From an uncultured archaeon (GTDB lineage: Archaea; Altiarchaeota; Altiarchaeia; IMC4; QMZM01): a stretch of 64,000 nucleotides of DNA. The notes below the pieces were generated by a model. It saw only the letters and a list, made by a program, of their open reading frames with translations, had not been told where the DNA came from and made no database searches. The position numbers were made by a program, and so were the translations under genes. Below, piece after piece: positions 14,582 through 23,419 of this stretch; position 1 is the first letter of the stretch, and the number at the start of each line of letters is the position of its first letter. The DNA is taken from the NCBI GenBank assembly GCA_964549685.1, contig CAZJVE010000003.1, positions 17,706-81,705 on the forward strand, read 5' to 3'.

Positions 14582-15313
14582 ATGGAAATCAGGGTACTGG
14601 AGTATAAGGGCGGGAAGCTGAGTGATGGAGAGCGCAGCGTTTCAGAGGAGAAACTGTTCCATATCCTTGTCAACGAAAAGCACCTCCTTTCCCTGTTCGC
14701 GCTTCCCAATAACCTAGAGGAGATGGTGACCGGTTTTCTTGTCTCAGAGGGAGTTACTGGCTATGAGAATGTCAAGGGGATAAGGAGGGCGAACTGCGAG
14801 CTGTGGGTAAAGACAAGGGAGGATATTCCTGAGTTGAAACCGGAGCTGAGAAGCTCGGGCTGCAGCGGAATTGCGATGTATAAGGCTCCAGAGCCGGTGG
14901 AATCAAAACAGGAATTTAATAGCAAGGTGATTGTGAATTCCCTGGAATATTTCAAAAAAGCTAAGGAGTGGAAAATCACTGGAGGTACTCACTTCGCGGC
15001 CTTAATCTCGGCGGATGGAAGATTTCTGCAGGGTTTTGAGGATGTGGGCAGGCACAATGCCCTGGACAAGGTCATAGGATGGGCCCTCATGAACAATCAT
15101 GGTCTGGCCGACAAATTCGTCCTCTTTACTGGAAGGCTCTCGACAGGGATGGTGATGAAGGCTGCGAGAGCGGGAATACCGCTGCTTGTCTCGAATACCG
15201 CCGTGCTGTATCAAGCCATTCATCTTGCTGAGGAACTGAATATCACGCTGGTTGGATTCGCAAGGGGAGAGGAGTTCAATGTCTACAGCAACCTGTGGAG
15301 AATCGGGAAATAA
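14582..15313 (+). CDS. fdhD: FdhD-type sulfurtransferase for Mo/W-bis-PGD enzymes
   Basis: 'GGTHFAALI', 'EDVGRHNALDKVIGW', 'SGRLSTGMVMKAARAGIPLLVS', 'ITLVGFARG' are hallmark FdhD motifs. Convergent with fwdB, with 1 nt between the stops. Confidence 0.9.
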   Translation: MEIRVLEYKGGKLSDGERSVSEEKLFHILVNEKHLLSLFALPNNLEEMVTGFLVSEGVTGYENVKGIRRANCELWVKTREDIPELKPELRSSGCSGIAMYKAPEPVESKQEFNSKVIVNSLEYFKKAKEWKITGGTHFAALISADGRFLQGFEDVGRHNALDKVIGWALMNNHGLADKFVLFTGRLSTGMVMKAARAGIPLLVSNTAVLYQAIHLAEELNITLVGFARGEEFNVYSNLWRIGK

Positions 15314-15314
15314 T

Positions 15315-16598
15315 TCAGCTCTCTATCTTCTTTATCTCTGCCAGGACCTGCTTCAGGGTGTCCACCGTGGACTTCGTCTCCTTTAACGGCGACTTGGCAA
15401 ACTTTCTGACGCGTATCGGTACGTTGTCCATTCTGTAAAAGGTTCCCTCGCACTCCATCGCGTTCAGGACATCCGGGATGACAACGTTGCTGAGCATGGT
15501 CGTGGGGCAGTGAGCAACCTCAACCGAGATTAGAGGTATGTCTGCGAGATGCTCTATGGCTTCTCTGGGAAGATGGGCCCCCAAATCGGCCCCTACCACA
15601 AGGACCGCATCTACTTCGCCCCTCGCAAGCAGATCAACTGTTGTCGTTTCGCCGGGGTTGAAGCGGGGAATTCTCCTCGAATAGTCCACTCCGAAGGGAT
15701 AGCCCGAGGTCCAGGTCATAATCTGATTGAAACCTGCAACGTTGCTGTGGCCCCTGTTTGCCAGAAGGATGAACCGTGAATAATTGTTTACGTTCTTCAC
15801 GAGGCGCATCGCCTTCTCCAGGTTCCTATACTTTCCAACGGAGCTTGCTATTCCAAGGCCCACGAAAATGACACCGTACTTGCAGGACTTCATCATCTCC
15901 GCGAGCTTCCTGACGGTTTTGGGTGGAACTCCCCCGACTGCCTTGTCTATGTCATGGCCGTTGATTACTGCACCTATGGCTGACATCAGCTCGAAGTCCT
16001 TGTTCGGCTCTATCTGTATGTGAAGGTCGGCAAGTTCCGCGGTTGGGGTCTTTCTTGGGTCCACCACTATGATGGTCCTCTCCTGACCACCGTGCTCCCT
16101 GAAGTAGCCCCGGGGGAACAATGAATAGCGGGATAACAGACGGGGATGCGATTCAATGGGGTTGCAGCCCCAGTATATCAGTAAATCGGCCCTGTTCTTG
16201 ACCTCTCCGAGGGTTGCTGATGGGAGCCCGGCCTCCTGGATGCCGAGGACTGTCGGGCCGTGGCACATTGTCGAATTTCCATCCACCACTCCACCGAGGT
16301 ATTCTGCCATTTCGATTCCGACTCTCATGGATTCCGTAGAAATCTCGCTGCCCATGAAGATTAGCGGCCTCTTTGCCTTGCCGAGAATTTCAGCAGTCTT
16401 TTTGATTGCATCCTTCCAGCCGGCTTTCTTTCCGTCTATTGTTGGAGTCAGGACTCTGTCCTTGTCCCTGAGCTTGTGGTACTTGGCCTCGCCCATGCTG
16501 CATGCATTGTAGACCTTGATATCATCTCTTGTGAGTTCTATGTCTATGTCGTCGCATGCAAGCCCACAGACCGAGCAGGTTATGTCCTTATGCAGCAT
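15315..16598 (-). CDS. fwdB: Formylmethanofuran dehydrogenase subunit B (Mo/W-bis-PGD subunit)
   Basis: 427 aa. N-terminal 'ITCSVCGLACDDIDIE' cluster motif, molybdopterin oxidoreductase-like core. Co-operonic with fwdA, fwdC and fwdD. Confidence 0.88.
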   Translation of the reverse strand: MLHKDITCSVCGLACDDIDIELTRDDIKVYNACSMGEAKYHKLRDKDRVLTPTIDGKKAGWKDAIKKTAEILGKAKRPLIFMGSEISTESMRVGIEMAEYLGGVVDGNSTMCHGPTVLGIQEAGLPSATLGEVKNRADLLIYWGCNPIESHPRLLSRYSLFPRGYFREHGGQERTIIVVDPRKTPTAELADLHIQIEPNKDFELMSAIGAVINGHDIDKAVGGVPPKTVRKLAEMMKSCKYGVIFVGLGIASSVGKYRNLEKAMRLVKNVNNYSRFILLANRGHSNVAGFNQIMTWTSGYPFGVDYSRRIPRFNPGETTTVDLLARGEVDAVLVVGADLGAHLPREAIEHLADIPLISVEVAHCPTTMLSNVVIPDVLNAMECEGTFYRMDNVPIRVRKFAKSPLKETKSTVDTLKQVLAEIKKIES

Positions 16599-17100
16599 TC
16601 AGTTCACCCATGATTTTCTCAGCGAGCTGGTCTCTGTTCTCCTGGTTGATGATGAATTTCCTGAATTCTACGCCGGGGAATTTACTAGTGAATTCCTCAA
16701 GCATTTTCTTTCTGATTACGATGATTACGTCCTTCTCTGTTGCTATTGCCCTCTCGGCTTCTGGAGAGAGGCCGTCCCCTTTCCTTTCGAGAGGGCCTAT
16801 CTCGTCGATGAAGACGAGGTCGGAGCCGTTTTCTATTGAGCAGTGAATTGCTTTTCTGCTAAGGGAAATTCCTTTTTTAGTTATAATATAATTTCCAACC
16901 GGAATCCCCTCTGCCTTTGAGTCCGTTGTTGCCATCTCCTCCTTTTCTCCCGTGGAGAGGTCAATGGCAGTGCTGCCCTCTCCAGCCCCAGGGCAGAGCA
17001 CGCCGCCGCATTTCCTGCCGTTCTCTTCTGCAATCTCTACTATCCTTTCGCAGAGGGTTGTCTTCCCGACTCCCGAAATTCCCGATATGAGTATTTTCAT
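16588..17100 (-). CDS. P-loop NTPase, THEP1/NTPase_1-like
   Basis: Walker A 'GISGVGKTT', Walker B-like 'LVFIDEIGPLE'. 170 aa. Overlaps the fwdB start by 11 nt. Confidence 0.7.
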   Translation of the reverse strand: MKILISGISGVGKTTLCERIVEIAEENGRKCGGVLCPGAGEGSTAIDLSTGEKEEMATTDSKAEGIPVGNYIITKKGISLSRKAIHCSIENGSDLVFIDEIGPLERKGDGLSPEAERAIATEKDVIIVIRKKMLEEFTSKFPGVEFRKFIINQENRDQLAEKIMGELNAA

Positions 17101-17756
17101 ATTCCTTTCACGCCCATGAGCCAGCAGAGCCCTGTGAGAAGGGCTGCAAGCTCGTAGAAGATTCCCGAGCGCACCGCCTTTTTCTGGATTAATGCCATTA
17201 TGTCTCCCGCCCTGTAGCCGGCCATTACTGTAACCGCTGATAGCAGGGCGGCCTGCGTTCCGTCAGCCAGGATGAAATTCATCATGTCTGTCAGGGACAT
17301 GTTCAGCCAGAATCTCGAGCCAATGCCCAGGTACTTGAAGACCATGCCGAAGCCCATATAGCTGAGGTAGGCGAAGCCCGCTCCTGTGGAGAGGTGGTTT
17401 ATTATCGGTGCTTTTATCCTGTGCGTTACAGTAAGGACGGCGCCGAAGGCCATTGCCTCTATCAGTATGGAAATCATCGGCCTGAATACCATCGGGCTGG
17501 GGCCGACTATGAAGATGTCAAATCCTTTCAGGAGTGAGGCCACAGCACCAATGCCGAGCAGGAATCCTATCCTGTTACTCGGCCGGTATGTTCTCAGGGC
17601 CGCTGACATGAGGAACGCGCCGAGGGAGAACATTATCGCTCCCTTGAGCATGAAGTGAATCATGTGCAGGAATACGCCAAGCGTGGCCTCAAACATTCCC
17701 CAGATTGAACCGAATAGTAGAATTCCAATCAGTATTTGTTTTTGTTTTTCATCCAT
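17097..17756 (-). CDS. Polytopic membrane protein (hypothetical)
   Basis: 219 aa, 6-7 hydrophobic segments ('ILIGILLFGSIWGMFEATLGVFL...'). No family recognised. ATGA overlap with the NTPase gene, and 1-nt gap after fwdD. Confidence 0.6.
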   Translation of the reverse strand: MDEKQKQILIGILLFGSIWGMFEATLGVFLHMIHFMLKGAIMFSLGAFLMSAALRTYRPSNRIGFLLGIGAVASLLKGFDIFIVGPSPMVFRPMISILIEAMAFGAVLTVTHRIKAPIINHLSTGAGFAYLSYMGFGMVFKYLGIGSRFWLNMSLTDMMNFILADGTQAALLSAVTVMAGYRAGDIMALIQKKAVRSGIFYELAALLTGLCWLMGVKGI

Positions 17757-17757
17757 T

Positions 17758-18156
17758 TTAATCGCCTCTCAAAATTTGTTTTTTCATCAGGTTCTCGCAG
17801 TCCAGGACAGGGTCATCCGTGCCTTCAACCTTGGCCTCCATCCCCTTGTAGAACGGGGAGCCCGAGTCAAAGGTTTCGGAGCTGATGACCATATTGGCCC
17901 AGAGGCCCCTTGGAATAAAGGCATGGCCCTTCTTCACCCCGGGGTCTGATTTCGCATGGACAGTGACAGAGCCCGACTTTGTCTTTACCTTAACGTTCTC
18001 CAGGTAGGAACCCTTTCGGTACCATACTCTCTTGAAGTCTTCGGGGTTGAGGCTGCAGAAAGCCGCCTCCTTGGTGTATTGGGGAGTCATCTTCTTTCCG
18101 CCCTTCGTTACCTTGCCCTGATTTATGGTCGAGGCTGTATTCAGGATGACTTTCAT
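17758..18156 (-). CDS. fwdD: Formylmethanofuran dehydrogenase subunit D
   Basis: 'MKVILNTASTINQG', 'AFCSLNPEDF', 'VKVKTKSGSVTVHAKSDPGVKKGHAFIP' (molydop_binding beta-barrel). ATG at 18156 overlaps the stop of the upstream ferredoxin gene (ATGA). The 37-aa track extension to 18267 is rejected. Confidence 0.85.
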   Translation of the reverse strand: MKVILNTASTINQGKVTKGGKKMTPQYTKEAAFCSLNPEDFKRVWYRKGSYLENVKVKTKSGSVTVHAKSDPGVKKGHAFIPRGLWANMVISSETFDSGSPFYKGMEAKVEGTDDPVLDCENLMKKQILRGD

Positions 18157-18428
18157 TCTTCTTTTTCCTCCTCCGCAGGAATTTCCTCCCGGACAAGCTC
18201 GCCCTCGGCCAGAATTTTTATTGCCTCCAGGGGACATACCTCCATGCAGATTCCACAGCCGGTGCATGGGGCATCGAACTCCGCCATGGCCTTGACTATC
18301 CTTATGACGCTACCGCTGTCGCCGATGCCATATCCTGCCTTGGTTGAGAGCGATGCTGAATTTGGACAGGCAACAACGCAGTTCGCGCATCCTATGCAAA
18401 GGTCCTTGTCTATTTTAACCCTAAACAT
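18153..18428 (-). CDS. 2x[4Fe-4S] ferredoxin (FwdG-like)
   Basis: 'CIGCANCVVACP' and 'CTGCGICMEVCP'. 91 aa with an acidic tail. Confidence 0.8.
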   Translation of the reverse strand: MFRVKIDKDLCIGCANCVVACPNSASLSTKAGYGIGDSGSVIRIVKAMAEFDAPCTGCGICMEVCPLEAIKILAEGELVREEIPAEEEKEE

Positions 18429-19249
18429 TTTTTTATCAGGCTTTCTGCACTTATCTGATGATACTGAACCCCCAACTCATTGGGATGGAAGCCAAATGCA
18501 ATTGCAATGAGCTCGGGGTAGTAAAAAACTGGGAGTTCCATCCCGAGTCTCTTCTGGGCCAGTTCGTACTGGAGGAAACATAGCGGACAGGGGGTGCAAA
18601 GTGCATCCGCCCCTGATTCCTTCAGCTCGTTGAGCTTTAATTCAACAAGGTCGTTTGCTACCTCCTGGTCGACTGCCGCAAGGGCTGAACCGCAGCATAA
18701 GTCCCTGTGAGGGTATTCGACAACCTCCAATCCTATCATTTTTACCAGGTCGTCCATCCGTTCAATGCAGTAATCCATTACCTTGGACGGCCTCTGGATG
18801 TGGCAGCCGTCATGGATTGCGACCTTCATCTTCATGGGGAACTGGATTAATTCTCTGGCCCTGTCAATGTTCTCGTGGATGAAATTCACTATGTGCCTGA
18901 CATCGTTTTTGCCCTCGTAGCTCAGGCCTATCTTCTTGAGTTCCTTGTTGACCTCGTTCCTCTTCTTCTCGTCCTGGAGTAAATGCTTCGCATCCAGTAG
19001 TGTGCCGCTGCAGCCAGAGCAGAGCGCTATTATGTCGAGGTTCTCCTTCTCTGCGAGGGCGAGGTTCCTTGCCGCTATCGCAAGCCAGGTTTCCTCATCC
19101 ATTGACTTCATGTGGGTGTTTGGGCAGCATGAAAACTCCAGGTATCTGGGTTCAACCCCCAGTTTCTTCAATACCTCTACCGATGCCTTTTCAAGCCATG
19201 GTAGCTTCGCAGGGATGAAGCATCCTGTGAATAGTGCATGGGGTTTCAT
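18410..19249 (-). CDS. hdrB: Heterodisulfide reductase subunit B
   Basis: 'LFTGCFIP...FSCCPN...LCSGCSG' and 'IHDGCHI...LCCGSAL...CTPCPLC', i.e. two CCG domains. 279 aa. Confidence 0.9.
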   Translation of the reverse strand: MKPHALFTGCFIPAKLPWLEKASVEVLKKLGVEPRYLEFSCCPNTHMKSMDEETWLAIAARNLALAEKENLDIIALCSGCSGTLLDAKHLLQDEKKRNEVNKELKKIGLSYEGKNDVRHIVNFIHENIDRARELIQFPMKMKVAIHDGCHIQRPSKVMDYCIERMDDLVKMIGLEVVEYPHRDLCCGSALAAVDQEVANDLVELKLNELKESGADALCTPCPLCFLQYELAQKRLGMELPVFYYPELIAIAFGFHPNELGVQYHQISAESLIKKCLGLK

Positions 19250-19710
19250 TCTGTCTTGATTTTGGATAGTTTCTTCAGGTCCTCGGGCCTTGGCTTCTTT
19301 ATCTCCTCAAGCTTCAGTTCCTCCCTCCACCGGGCTGCCCGCCCTATTATCGGGAGGACAAGGCCGTCCTTCACTATTGTCGCTGCCAGGGATTTTATCC
19401 TGCCAGGACACTGATGGCCCGATTCACGGGCGTGATTCCTTGCTGCTATGAAGAGCTCGTCCGGGTCGACTCCCTTGGGGCACATCTCAGAGCATGAATG
19501 GCATGTTGTGCATAACCATAGCTGGTCCGAGTCAAGGACTTCCTCATCTTCAATGAGGAGCCTATATATGGTCTTCCTCGGGGAGTGCTCCTCCCGGACA
19601 TAACCTATCGGACAGACAGAGCCGCATTCCCCGCACTGGAGGCACTTGCCCATTATCTTCTCCGACTCCTCTTCTATGAGCTTCCTGAACTTACTCTTCC
19701 TTTTTTCCAT
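19246..19710 (-). CDS. hdrC: Heterodisulfide reductase subunit C
   Basis: 'CLQCGECGSVCP' ... 'CTTCHSCSEMCP'. ATG at 19710 (MEKRKSKF). The track start at 19728 is TTG. ATGA overlap with hdrB. Confidence 0.88.
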   Translation of the reverse strand: MEKRKSKFRKLIEEESEKIMGKCLQCGECGSVCPIGYVREEHSPRKTIYRLLIEDEEVLDSDQLWLCTTCHSCSEMCPKGVDPDELFIAARNHARESGHQCPGRIKSLAATIVKDGLVLPIIGRAARWREELKLEEIKKPRPEDLKKLSKIKTE

Positions 19711-20296
19711 CCTTGTCGAAATTCTCAAGCTTTATCTCACCGAGGAACTTCTCCCTCAGCCTTTTCATTATCCTGGTTTCAGGGTCCTTTTTGCAGACAA
19801 TCTTGATTCTCTTAAGCGCTATCGCACTGGAAGGGCATCCAAGAGCGCAGGCGCCGCAGTAGGTGCATTTGTCAAGGTCAATCTCCACCTCCTTGGTAAT
19901 CTTTATCGCATCCTCCCTGCAGAGAACCTCACATACATCACAGAGCTTGGGGCATTTTTCCTGTTCGACTGAAATCTTGCCCTCGAATTCCATCTCCTTG
20001 GGAATTCCTTCGTTCTCGACTATAAGGATCCTCTCCTCGCCGTTTATCATTGTTTTGAATGCCTTTTTGATGCAGATTGCTGCGCAGACTCCGCAGAGAA
20101 CGCACTTGTCCTTGTCGAATTTCAGGGGTGGTTCTGAAATGTCCTCTTTTACCGATGCGCCTATCGGGTTCAGCTCCAGGGCCTCTTTCGGACACGCCTG
20201 AACGCAGAGAGCGCATCCGTTGCACTTCTCCCCGTCATAGAGCAGCTGGACCCTTTCCTGCCACATCTCGATTGACTTTAACTCCTCGTGGGTCAT
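19691..20296 (-). CDS. Polyferredoxin, four [4Fe-4S]-type motifs (FwdF/MvhB-like)
   Basis: '[12 protein letters not shown]', '[11 protein letters not shown]', '[12 protein letters not shown]', '[12 protein letters not shown]'. ATG at 20296 (MTHEE) overlaps the hdrA stop (ATGA). Confidence 0.8.
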   Translation of the reverse strand: MTHEELKSIEMWQERVQLLYDGEKCNGCALCVQACPKEALELNPIGASVKEDISEPPLKFDKDKCVLCGVCAAICIKKAFKTMINGEERILIVENEGIPKEMEFEGKISVEQEKCPKLCDVCEVLCREDAIKITKEVEIDLDKCTYCGACALGCPSSAIALKRIKIVCKKDPETRIMKRLREKFLGEIKLENFDKDGKKEE

Positions 20297-22713
20297 TTTA
20301 TCGCGCCCTCCTTTTTCAGCTTCTCCAAGGTGCTGGTTAATTCTTTCATGAGTCCTGCGAATTCCGCTCCCTCGGAGGCTGATATCCATGCGAGCCTGAA
20401 TCTTCGTGAATCGATGCCCTTCTCCTCCAGGGCCTTTTCATACTTGTCTATTCTCTTCTCGCACTCGAAGTTTCCTGAAATATAATGGCAGTCGTGCAGG
20501 TGGCAACCAGTAAGTGCAACAATTCCGGCCCCCAGCTCCAATGCCCGGTCTATGAATTTGGTAGCTACCCTTCCGGAGCACATGACCCTTATTACGCGAA
20601 GGTTCTCGGGGTATTTGAATCTGGAGACTCCTGCCGTGTCCGCTCCTCCATAGGAGCACCAGTTGCATAGGAATCCAAGGATTTTGTCCTGGGGATTCTC
20701 TTTCAGTGCCGCCTCTATCTGGGAGAATATCTGCTCGTCGGTGAAGCCCCGCTGCTGCAATGCATCCTTGGGGCAGATGGCAACACAAGTGCCGCAGCCC
20801 TTGCAGGCGGCAGGGATTATCTCCACGGGCTTGCCCTTCTCGTGCCTTATTGCGCTGTAGGGACAGTACTTGGCGCATAAACCGCAGCTTATGCAGAGCT
20901 CCGGGTTTACCTCCGCTATGATTGAGTCGGGTTCAACGAAACCCCTGCTCATCGGGATTGCGGCTCCTGCTGCCGCGGCTCTTGCCTGTGATACCGATGC
21001 GGGAATGTCCTTGGGTCCCTGGGCAGCTCCGGCAAGGAATACGCCGTCCGTCGGAGTATCGACAGGCCTCAGCTTTGGGTGGGCCTCCATGAAGAACCCG
21101 TCTCCTGTGCAGGAGATGTTCAGCTTTCTCTGGAGCTCCTTTGCGTCATCGGTTGGCTCAGCCCCTGAGGAGAGAATTACCATGTCCAGCTTCATCTCCT
21201 TAATCTTTCCGGAGAGGGTGTCATCAACCCTGATTATAAGTTTGCCATCCATGTCCTGTATTACATTAGAGGGCCTTCCGCGGATGAATTTCACGCCCTT
21301 GTTCCTCAGCCGCTCATAGAACTCCTCGTAGTCCTTTCCGAATGAGCGGACGTCCATGTAGAATATGTAGATGTCCAGGTCGGGATACTTCTCCTTGAGC
21401 TGGGTTGCGTGCTTCATCGCATACATGCAGCAGAAGTTCGAACAGTAGGGGTTTTCCTCGTTCCTTGAGCCGACGCACTGGATGATGCCCACGCTCTTCG
21501 GCTTCTCACCGTTCTTCAGGGTTACCTTGCCCTGCGTTGGGCCTGAGGCGTTGATAATTCTCTCGAAGTCGATTCCTGTAAGGACGTTATCGTATTTGCC
21601 GTAGCCGTATTCTCCCGTAGCATCGTGGTCCTTGAATCCAGTGGCGGCTATTATCGTTCCGACCTCCAGGTCTATTATCTCGTCCTCCTGGTCGAAATCC
21701 ACGGCTTCCCTTTCGCAGACCTTCTCGCAGAGGCCACATTCTATGCACGAGTCCTTGTCTATCGTCGCTGTCAACGGAACCGCCTGAGGGAAAGAGATGT
21801 AGCAGGCCTTTCTTGGTCCCGTGCCCCTGTCGAATTCGTTCTTGCAGATTACGGGGCATACCTCCCAGCACTCGCCGCAGCCGTTGCAGTCCTCGTTGGT
21901 ATAGCGGGCCTTCTTCCTCACCTTCACACTGAAATTCCCGATGTAGCCCTCGACGCTCTCCACCTCCGAATATGCCAGTAACTCTATGTTCGGGTGGTTG
22001 CCGACATCTGACATTTTAGGACCAAGGATGCAAATGGAACAATCTATTGTGGGGAAAGTCTTGTCCAGCATCGCCATGTGCCCTCCGATAGATGGGTTCT
22101 TCTCAACAAGGTATGTTTTGAATCCCATATCCGCCAAATCCAGTGCTGATTGAATCCCTGCAACTCCGGCCCCTATGACGAGGGCCTTCTTAGTTACGGG
22201 GGAGCGTATCTTCGGCAGGGGCATGAGGTGCCTTGCCTTTGACACGGCCATGGCGACCAGGTCCTTTGCCTTCTCTGTTGCCTTGGCCTTGTCCTCATGG
22301 ACCCATGAGCAATGCTCCCTGATGTTAGCCATCTCGAACATGTACCGGTTCAGGCCAGCCGCTTCTATGCACTTTCTGAAGGTCGGTTCATGAAGCCTTG
22401 GAGAGCATGATGCTACGACGACCCTGTCGAGGTCAAGCTCCTTTATGTCCTGCTTTATCTCCTCCTGTCCAGAGTCGGAGCAGGTGTATTTGTTTTCCCG
22501 GGCTATTACGACGCCGTTTAGCTTGGAGGCGAATTCAGTAACGGCCTTGCAGTCGACCACCGAGGCGATGTTAAGGCCGCAGTCGCAGACATAGACGCCA
22601 ATCTTTGGCTTCTCCTTGCCAGTGACAAGGTGTCCTTTATGTACGGGGATGTCCCCTATTGAGAGCTTCGGGCCCTTTTTAGCCTTCTTCGATGTAGATT
22701 TCGCCTTTGCCAT
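20293..22713 (-). CDS. hdrA: Heterodisulfide reductase subunit A fused to a C-terminal MvhD/FlpD-like domain
   Basis: '[19 protein letters not shown]', FAD motif '[17 protein letters not shown]', and ferredoxin motifs '[12 protein letters not shown]', '[12 protein letters not shown]', '[12 protein letters not shown]', '[12 protein letters not shown]'. The C-terminal ~140 aa, '[15 protein letters not shown]...RVMCSGRV...GCHLHDCHY', form an MvhD-type domain. ATG at 22713 overlaps fwdC by 35 nt. Confidence 0.9.
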   Translation of the reverse strand: MAKAKSTSKKAKKGPKLSIGDIPVHKGHLVTGKEKPKIGVYVCDCGLNIASVVDCKAVTEFASKLNGVVIARENKYTCSDSGQEEIKQDIKELDLDRVVVASCSPRLHEPTFRKCIEAAGLNRYMFEMANIREHCSWVHEDKAKATEKAKDLVAMAVSKARHLMPLPKIRSPVTKKALVIGAGVAGIQSALDLADMGFKTYLVEKNPSIGGHMAMLDKTFPTIDCSICILGPKMSDVGNHPNIELLAYSEVESVEGYIGNFSVKVRKKARYTNEDCNGCGECWEVCPVICKNEFDRGTGPRKACYISFPQAVPLTATIDKDSCIECGLCEKVCEREAVDFDQEDEIIDLEVGTIIAATGFKDHDATGEYGYGKYDNVLTGIDFERIINASGPTQGKVTLKNGEKPKSVGIIQCVGSRNEENPYCSNFCCMYAMKHATQLKEKYPDLDIYIFYMDVRSFGKDYEEFYERLRNKGVKFIRGRPSNVIQDMDGKLIIRVDDTLSGKIKEMKLDMVILSSGAEPTDDAKELQRKLNISCTGDGFFMEAHPKLRPVDTPTDGVFLAGAAQGPKDIPASVSQARAAAAGAAIPMSRGFVEPDSIIAEVNPELCISCGLCAKYCPYSAIRHEKGKPVEIIPAACKGCGTCVAICPKDALQQRGFTDEQIFSQIEAALKENPQDKILGFLCNWCSYGGADTAGVSRFKYPENLRVIRVMCSGRVATKFIDRALELGAGIVALTGCHLHDCHYISGNFECEKRIDKYEKALEEKGIDSRRFRLAWISASEGAEFAGLMKELTSTLEKLKKEGAIK

Positions 22714-23419
22714 TCTCGGACAGGTCACCTATATATTTATTGCCTTCCTTTTTGAAGGAGGGAAGCATTTCCTCCGCCTTGCCTTTTATCGTGATTCTGC
22801 CGGCCTCCATCTCGGCCCCGGCTCTTGCTCCAGAATTCCCATCGACGATGATTTCACCGTCCTGCATCCTGAAGCCCAGGAACTGCCCGGCATTGCCATG
22901 AACGGAAATCTTCCCCCCAAGCATGCATGTTCCAAGGTTGTCTCCGACGTTGCCGTGGATTATTATCTCCCCGGCCTTCATGCCCTTCCAAGCGCCCCTG
23001 TAGGCGGAGCCGATGAAGTTTCGAGCGTTGCCTTTGATTTCTATCCTGCCGTCTTTCATCTCCATCCCGGCCCAGGAGTCGGCATTCCCTTCCACCATGA
23101 TTTTGCCGCCACTCATTCTGGAACCGAGGTGCATTCCCACATTGCCCTTGACCAGAATTTCCCCGCCAGTCATTGCCTGGCCGATTCTTTTGACCCTAGA
23201 GCAGTCACCCTCTATGACTATTTTTATTTCAGTGGATTTATCTGACTTTTCCCCATGGATGTCGAAGTACCTGCCCAGCTTCCCGGCCTGGTTGCCCGCA
23301 TAGACGTTCATGTCTTCTATCTCCTTCATGGTCTTCCCTGCGAATTTATCGGGTGAGATGCAGTCGGCTTCCAGCCCCGTTGACGGGATTTCCTTTGCCC
23401 TCAGTATTATTTCAGCCAT
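22679..23419 (-). CDS. fwdC: Formylmethanofuran dehydrogenase subunit C
   Basis: Repetitive beta-helix 'G(N/D)xGxxxGxxMxGGxIxVxGN' units as in FwdC and the GltB C-terminal domain. 246 aa. Confidence 0.88.
   Translation of the reverse strand: MAEIILRAKEIPSTGLEADCISPDKFAGKTMKEIEDMNVYAGNQAGKLGRYFDIHGEKSDKSTEIKIVIEGDCSRVKRIGQAMTGGEILVKGNVGMHLGSRMSGGKIMVEGNADSWAGMEMKDGRIEIKGNARNFIGSAYRGAWKGMKAGEIIIHGNVGDNLGTCMLGGKISVHGNAGQFLGFRMQDGEIIVDGNSGARAGAEMEAGRITIKGKAEEMLPSFKKEGNKYIGDLSENGKGEIYIEEG

Noticed and set aside
18157-18267. 37-aa N-terminal extension of fwdD in the ORF track
   Set aside because: It overlaps the ferredoxin gene in another frame. The ATG at 18156 gives the typical FwdD N-terminus and an ATGA stop/start coupling.
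17956-18510. 184-aa plus-strand ORF
   Set aside because: Antisense to fwdD, the ferredoxin gene and the hdrB 3' end.
22679-22728. 35-50 nt overlap between the fwdC 3' end and the hdrA 5' end as a sign of frameshift or mis-annotation
   Set aside because: Both reading frames give family-typical termini, and no alternative downstream start (ATG/GTG/TTG) precedes the conserved '[10 protein letters not shown]' of HdrA. The overlap is probably genuine, with ATG 22713 preferred.
22616-23245. 209-aa plus-strand ORF
   Set aside because: Antisense to fwdC and the hdrA 5' end. Its open frame is a by-product of the repetitive Gly-rich beta-helix coding of fwdC.
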